Shown: positions 56,474-64,000 of the stretch, piece after piece | Numbering within the stretch: position 1 is the stretch's first letter | How the letters are laid out: each line of letters starts with the position of its first letter | DNA from: Octopus vulgaris | Taxonomy: Eukaryota | Direction: 5' to 3' | Assembly: GCA_951406725.2 (NCBI GenBank) | Contig: OX597834.1 | Span: 14,818,001-14,882,000 of the forward strand | DNA length: 64,000 bases | Translations under genes and position numbers: made by a program | Notes under the pieces: generated by a model | What the model was told of the DNA's origin: nothing | Database searches by the model: none | Seen by the model: only the letters and a program-made list of their open reading frames with translations

Positions 56474-57299
56474 TGTACAGGAAGTAATCATAAGCTGCTG
56501 ATCGAATATTATTGAGCTATAATCATCCAGGATAATTCACATATGTATTCCGAAGTGTTGTGTTGATGTGTTGACATTCAGTCTATGGAGTTTAATTGTG
56601 TTTTGCCGGAAGGCATTAAAGTTATGTTGTCCTTTACACCTCCTGTATCAGTAGTAACACTTCGTATCTCAAGGAAAACGAAGAAGAAGGCAAGGATACT
56701 GATATCAATTCAAACCCTGAAGAATGGACAGCATAATCCATTCAACGCCTTTAGCACATTTATTGCTGATCCCTGAGAAACGGACGATAACATTGACCTC
56801 ACAGGGATTTTCAAGGTGAAAGGTGAAACAGTAAATTAAGTGAACGAGAAATCGGCTGACATCTTGCTGTCTCGGCTACATTAATTGCGTTACAGTAACA
56901 AATTAATTTCGATTCGATAGTTTCAGTACACACAGTGTGTCCGTTAAATATCATGTAATATCATAGAATCTATAAACGAACAGAATCTCGCAGAACAATC
57001 TAGTTTAGTTTTACTTTGGTCATGAGTGTATGCAAATTGCAGACGTAAAGAAAAAGGGGCCTATTGTAAGGATCTCGATCTTAAACAATTTAAATTCGAA
57101 GACATTGAATATAGTCCTTAGTAATAATTGCTGAACTTTCTGGACATTGTGTGTAACTGTTCTCATTAAACATGAGTCGGATTATTCGTTTTCACCTTGT
57201 TTTGTAGCTGTCAATACATAGCGTTCGAGAGCGCCACAAGGAAAACAATACCATTTCATACTTTAACATAATATAATAATAAGCGCATATATATGTGCG

Positions 57300-57346
<47 letters not shown>

Positions 57347-57362
57347 CATATATATATATGTG

Positions 57363-57582
57363 GACAGCTCCTACACGCATTTTTTTCTCTCCTTGTTTTT
57401 TCCTTGTTTCTTTTCTGTGTATCTTTCAGTTGAAGAGCGTAGACTGGTAACGTAAAAGACTTATTTCTATTCCTGAGCCCCACACTAATACAATTGTTTG
57501 TTTGTACTCCATCTGCCTTCGTCTTTTGTTTATTATCGTAAACCTACCGTCGTCTTTTGTTTATTTTCGTAAACCTTCCCGT

Positions 57583-57583
<1 letters not shown>
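57363..57583 (+). mobile_element. Family H1 repeat with degenerate hammerhead-like motif (57421-57460)
   Basis: Matches 13906-14100; TA/TG tracts on both sides. Confidence 0.6.
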
Positions 57584-57620
<37 letters not shown>

Positions 57621-57636
57621 CACACATACATACTCA

Positions 57637-57925
57637 TTTTTTTTATTCTTTCACTTGTTTCAGTCACTTGAATGCGGCCACGCTGGAGCACCGTCTTTAG
57701 TCGAGCAAATCGACCCCAGAACTTATTCTTTGGAAGCCTTGTACTTATTCTATCGTTCTATTTTGCCGAATCGCTATGTAACGGGGACCTAAATACACCA
57801 GCATCGGTTGTCAAGCGATGCTGGGGGAACAAACACAGACACACAAACATACACACACACGCGCACACACACACACACACTCACACACACACACACAGAC
57901 ACACACACACACACAGGCACACACG

Positions 57926-57971
<46 letters not shown>

Positions 57972-58111
57972 ACGGACTTCCTTCAGTTTCTGCCTACCAA
58001 TTCTAGTCACAAGGCTTTGGTCGTCCCTATAGTTGCAAACTGTTGCCTAAGATGCCACGCAGTGGGAATGAACACGGAACCATGTGGTTGGTAACCAAGC
58101 TACTTACCACA
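57637..58111 (-). mobile_element. Family A SINE with an expanded internal (CA)/(TA) tract
   Basis: Reverse-complement match. Confidence 0.85.
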
Positions 58112-58735
58112 ATAAAAAATGTAACAAGAAAGTAACAGGCGACAACAAATTATCCGAAAATTTAGACGATACAAAAATGGACAGTAAAGATAACGAAGAG
58201 TCATTCGCAGCTTTCTATCGTCGGTCGAGTGCCAGATCGTCGTTGCAGTATCGGCCGGTTCAAAATAAAGAAAAGAGAACTACGTACCTTCGTAGTATTC
58301 GTTGTAGACTATGAAGTAACTTCACAGACATCGTCATGTGTATTACTCTTTTATTCCAGGATTTTACCTACTGTCAAAACCTTTCACTATTGAGCTTCAA
58401 TGTACGCAACATAAATATCATGAATGCCAACAGTCTCTCATGCACTTACAAATATATATGAGCACTCCAACGTAGTTTCAGGCATTCTGTCTTTCATAAA
58501 GATATATGTGCGTGTGTGTGCATGTTTGTGTATGTATATACTTACACAAAGTCACATAAATGTAGTTGTATAAACCCATAATCATTCATAAACCCCCTTT
58601 ATTGATTCACATATATGCATCTATTTATACACATATGCATGTATGTATATGTATATATATATTTATATATATATATATATATACATATAAGCATATATAT
58701 ACATATTTATATATATTTATATTATATATTTATAT

Positions 58736-58778
<43 letters not shown>

Positions 58779-59014
58779 GTGTATGTGTGTGTGCGTGCTT
58801 ATATGTTTTCAGATGGCTACATGCGTTTATATAGATAAAAATATATGATATACCTACATATTTTTATTGAAATATTGATTTACATATAAGCATACAGGTA
58901 AACTTATATATATATATATACATAAATATATATATGTATGTATGTATGTACATATATTTGTTTGTGTTTATAAATATGCATGTATGTATATAAATATATG
59001 CGTGTCTGCGCTTG

Positions 59015-59055
<41 letters not shown>

Positions 59056-60458
59056 ATGTGTGTTCAATATAAACTCGTACGTTTCCTTTCCACAGATTAA
59101 TCGAAATGCAACTCATGATTTACCAATAATTTCTCCCTATTACACTCTTACACTCTACGATTCATACGTTTCCCTCACGAAACAGCAAAACTGCAACACA
59201 TATACAAAATCTATTTACTAGGTGTTTTGTACCAAAATACAACAAGAAACAATAATAAAACACCCAACACAAAACAATAGTATTATATAGTCCTAGTTAG
59301 CACTTCCAATATGTATTTCCATCATTGCAATTTATGTCTGCTGCGCCGATATTTGTACAAGTTGCTCCAGTGTAATTACTACATTTTTCCCAATGTATCT
59401 TTGCTTTATTCTGTCGTTTTTATTTTAGCAGACGACTTGTACGTTGTTAGTTCTTTCGTCAGCTTCTTTCGTCAGCTTCTTTAGTCAGCTTCTTTGCTGA
59501 TCATTTTATAGTTGAGCTTTGTTCATTTATTCACGTCTCTTTATTTATTTATTTATTTATTTATATATATTATGTATTTCCATTAAGCTTTCCTTCCTCG
59601 GTTTTCTTCTCACTTTTTTTTTTTTTTTTTTGCAGTTTTCTGTATTCTAATAATTCATCTGCGTTCTTTGTACTTATATTTTGTTGCTTGTTTCTTACAC
59701 ATAAACGAAAACATTAATGATGTATATTTCTATTAAATATGAATACAAAAGTGTATACACGAAAAATACAGTCGTTCTATAATTACAAACACTATCACAG
59801 ACACACACACACACATACACACACACATACAAACAGACGTACATTAGCACAAATAAGCATATTTAAGCACTTAAGTATACAAAAAAATGTAGGGCGAGAT
59901 TTAGTGATCATTTGTAAGTATGATTCATAATTATTAAACTACAAGCAGAAAAAGGCTGAAAAGAAAAGAAAGCAACGCTTTGACCAATATGGTGGAGTTG
60001 GCACCTGTTTGCTTTTCAGTATGTGTGTGTGCGCAAAGTGTGTCTTTTGTGTGTCTGTAATAGTTCTTAGTGCAATAGCATGTACTCTACTTACAGATCA
60101 CGGTGATCTCCGTGATATTTCTCTCTCTCTCTCACTCGCATACACACATGCACCTTCTCAATTACTCACAGCCGCAGACACACTGACACACGCATATTCA
60201 CACACCCAGGAACACTAATACGCCGTACTTTTTTACAAAGAAAATTACAAGCGCCGAATGAGTTTGTATTCTAAAAAACATAAAAAAAACAAAAAGAAAG
60301 TTCTCGAACGCAGAATAGCTGTGTCAACACTTTAGAATATAGGGTAATATCTATGCATTCAACATTTCCTTTATTTTCTGTAGAATACCAAATCACTAGA
60401 CGATTCTAAGTTTGCTCATAAAAAATGTTCTCACATTCCACAAGCTATTATTTAGCAT

Positions 60459-60499
<41 letters not shown>

Positions 60500-60722
60500 A
60501 GCCAGCATTTATTGACAGGAATATATTAGCTTAATACAACAAAACGATTTGCCGGTTCGTCTCTCTATAACGGGTTCCTGGAAGTTTTCGTTTTAGTTGT
60601 TAGATTGCTAGAGGCGGTTTTTGGGGTTTGTTGTTTCTATGTGTCATATATTATATTTTGGTATATTTTACGAAGGCGTTTTCAGTTATTCCGCGGTTGA
60701 GATTTTGCTTTATTTTCTGTCG

Positions 60723-60768
60723 AGTACGAATATTCCGTAGTACGAATATTCCGTAGTACGAATATTCC
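60723..60768. repeat. 16-bp minisatellite, about 3 copies
   Basis: AGTACGAATATTCCGT repeated. Confidence 0.9.
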
Positions 60769-61134
60769 TACTCTCCATATTGTTTCACTAACAGCATTGC
60801 GGTCATAATGCGATTCAAACGTGAAATATGTAGTCCCTCGAAACGGCTCCAATAATTCTTTTATGACATCCTAACAACTAATCTCAAGGACCGATTTGAA
60901 AATCAGCGAACTGATGGTGCCGGAAACAAATTACCATCTGGTGACAGATGGTGAGAGACAAATACATATGCACTGAAATATACGTACATACACCATTTTT
61001 TTCTTCTCAGCCCTTTCTGTCGAAGAGTGTAGGTTACGAACGTCAAAGACTTTTTCATTCTTGCAGAGCGTAAAACTAATACACCTGTTCGCTGTTCCCT
61101 CAACAGCCTTTGTTTTGGGTTTTCTGAACAAAAT

Positions 61135-61340
61135 GTGACCTCGTGTGTACCGCTGGCGATTTTGTTTCCTCTGTTTTCCCTTCTCTGGATCTTTGCTTCT
61201 CCTATGTTTCCGACGAAGAGCTCCGCTCGAAACGTTAGACTCTCCTTCTTTCCTTCTTTCCTAAGCGTCCAATAATACTATATTTGTTCCAATTCCTCGC
61301 GTTCTTGTGCTTTTTTGTGCTTTCTTGTTTGGATTAATTT
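61135..61340 (+). mobile_element. Family H2 repeat, directly downstream of an H1-like fragment (~60993-61130)
   Basis: Matches 43603-43810; ends at (TA)n. Confidence 0.6.
61206..61240 (+). ncRNA. Minimal type-I hammerhead-ribozyme-like motif (U4C core variant)
   Basis: GUUU CCGACGA A GAGC-UCC-GCUC GAAAC GUU AGAC: stem I GUUU/AGAC (one G-U), palindromic ACGU stem III, GUU triplet. Activity untested. Confidence 0.5.
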
Positions 61341-61487
61341 TATATATGTATGTGTATATATATATATATATATGTATGCATGTGTGTATATATATATATA
61401 TATATATGTATATACATGCATACATACATAAATACCTGTCTCTCAATATATATGTGTGTATATATATATTTTATTTAGATATATGTG

Positions 61488-61529
<42 letters not shown>

Positions 61530-61960
61530 CGCATTTTTACATATATATATATGCATATATATATTTGAAATGAATAGATACATATATACAAATTCACACA
61601 AATTTGTATGTGTGCATGCATTTTTGTATGTATGTATGTATGTATGTATGTATGTATGTATGTATGTATGTATGTATGTATGTATGTATGTATGTATCGA
61701 TGGATCTTTATATGTAGGTTTACGTGTGAAGATATACACTTAAAGACCAAAATAGTTAAAAGAAAATATATGTACGTCTAACTTTCTTCACAATTTCACC
61801 AAAAGCTTTATTGTCAACTAATTAATCATGCACTGAATCACCTGAGAGCATAAGAAATGAAAATTAACTCCCTTGTGTGTGTGTTAAATAACCGGAGACG
61901 GCTCCTTGTCTTTTTTCCTCTCTTTTCTTTAAGTAGATGTTTTGTGGCCAATAAAACAAA

Positions 61961-61962
<2 letters not shown>

Positions 61963-62021
<59 letters not shown>

Positions 62022-62026
62022 GATTA

Positions 62027-62117
<91 letters not shown>

Positions 62118-62122
62118 GATTA

Positions 62123-62156
<34 letters not shown>

Positions 62157-62165
62157 CATTATTGT
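61963..62165. repeat. (ATT)n tract
   Basis: Direct reading. Confidence 0.95.
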
Positions 62166-62341
62166 ATTACTATAATATATTTTAATTATATTGTCACAGT
62201 TTTAATCATATTTAACGTTAAATTATATCTTTCTGTTGCGATCGTTTACATACATACGTACATACATACATACATTCTCGCACAAACTCACACATATATA
62301 AATATACATATTTGAACATATGCATATATATATCTACATAC

Positions 62342-62415
<74 letters not shown>

Positions 62416-62555
62416 GTGTGTGTGTGTGTGTGAGTATGTATGTGTGTGCCTGTGTATGTGTACATATGTTTATGTGTGTGCATATATATGCATATATGTA
62501 TACATATTTATATTTATACATATGCATATATATATATACAGATATATATATATAC

Positions 62556-62607
<52 letters not shown>

Positions 62608-63229
62608 ATGTATTTATAAGTATTGTTTCTGCTCTGTTCTCTATTCGTATTCTTCGTTTAAGATTTATGTAACTATTCTCTTCAACGTTAGAACGTTGAG
62701 AGAAAAATACCTTCTGGTATTTCTTTCAATATTTTATGTTCTGTGTTCAGATCGCACCCAAGATACGTCAACGTTTCATTTGGTGGACGACCCCAGAATG
62801 CCTGAAAACAAACAATTTCCTCTTCGGCTAATCTTCATCAACTATTTTTTGTTTTCTTCTTTAAGTTCCAGCTGAAAAGAAAGTGAGGATTGATCGGTAT
62901 ATGCTGTTCCCCAACCCCAGGAAATTTTTTGAAAACTGGGTGAAGATATCGAAGTTAAATCGAGCGTTAGATTATTTTAAAATGGCGCCTGTCAGCAGGG
63001 GCGTGTGGAGTAGAGAGTTGCATTGGCTATAGTATACCAGGCACAAGAGTTGCTCGGGATGTGTGGAGTTCCTTGACTGCGTGACGTTTTCTCACTTTTG
63101 AAGAATTCTGCTGTGGAATTTTCCTTGTTATTTGTTATGTTTCATATTATTTTAATGAGTTTGTGTAAAGCTCCACACGCCTTTGTATTATGCTGAATAT
63201 TTTGCGGCACTTGCGGCTATTGAAGAAAG

Positions 63230-63545
63230 TATCATCATCGTCATCATTCTCATCCTCATCGACATCGGCCTCGACATCCTCATCATACCCCTTGCAATCA
63301 TACTCATCATAATTATCAACAAGAACATCATCCTCGTCCTCGTTGTTGCCGTCGTTATTATGATCAACATTATCATCACCTCCACCAACATCATAATCAT
63401 TCTCCACCACCAAAACCATCATCATCACCATCATCGTTATTATCATCGTTATTATCATCACCACCTCCACTGTCATCCTCATCATTATCATCCACCACTA
63501 CCACCTCCATCACCATCATCATCATCATCACCATCATCATCATTA
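63230..63545. repeat. Degenerate (ATC)n tract
   Basis: Direct reading. Confidence 0.85.
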
Positions 63546-63756
63546 AATATTGCAGATTGGCGAAATAGTTCGAGCGGTCACCGAAATAAATATCTTGAGA
63601 TGTATTTTGCGACATTTTAAGTTCAGAGTTCAAATCTGGCCAACACCAAATTTGGCTGTCTTAAAATGGGGGTGCGAATTTAGATCATTTGCACTTCGAA
63701 ATGTGTTTAGCTGTTTGGAGCAGGAAAGATTCTCATCACAACTTTATCGATCAGTA

Positions 63757-64000
63757 TTCTTTTCTACTCGAGGCGCAAGGCCCTAAATTTGTGTGAAGGG
63801 GGGCCAACGATTAGATAGACCCCAGTACGCAATAGGTACTTGATTTATCGATCTCCGAAAGAATGAAAGGCAAAGTCGACCACGGCAGAATTTAAAGTAA
63901 GAACGTAGCGACAGCCGAAATGCCTGTTTCTTTCTTAGCCGCAAGGGCCCAAAATAGAGGGGGACAAACAAGGACAGAGAGGACACCACAGAGGGGACAA
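63757..64000 (-). mobile_element. Family B heterodimer, older copy, running off the window end
   Basis: Same architecture as 54756-55166. Confidence 0.75.

Overview
AT-rich, microsatellite-saturated eukaryotic DNA. The repeat families (three tRNA-derived SINE families with CORE- and Meta-like central domains, short TA-anchored Penelope-type fragments, non-autonomous Helitrons, a TTAA MITE) are most consistent with an Octopus/coleoid cephalopod intergenic or intronic region; this is inferred from recall, not from a search. I find no intact protein-coding gene. Nearly all ORFs in the track are translations of (TA)n, (CA)n, (ATT)n or (ATC)n repeats. The only recognisable coding remnants are a decayed Tc1/mariner (rosa/DD41D-like) transposase and two R4/Dong-clade non-LTR retrotransposon fragments. 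The most interesting structures are: (i) dispersed minimal type-I hammerhead-ribozyme-like motifs with covarying stems and non-canonical cores in ~200-bp TA-flanked repeats; (ii) six inverted repeats, including a perfect 291-bp pair and a ~450-bp pair, two of which are most identical near the loop; (iii) a SINE that multimerises in exact 184-bp headless units and makes 16-39-bp target-site duplications; (iv) one SINE head joined to four different 3' tails. All coordinates were read by eye; repeat boundaries are approximate unless a TSD or terminus is quoted.
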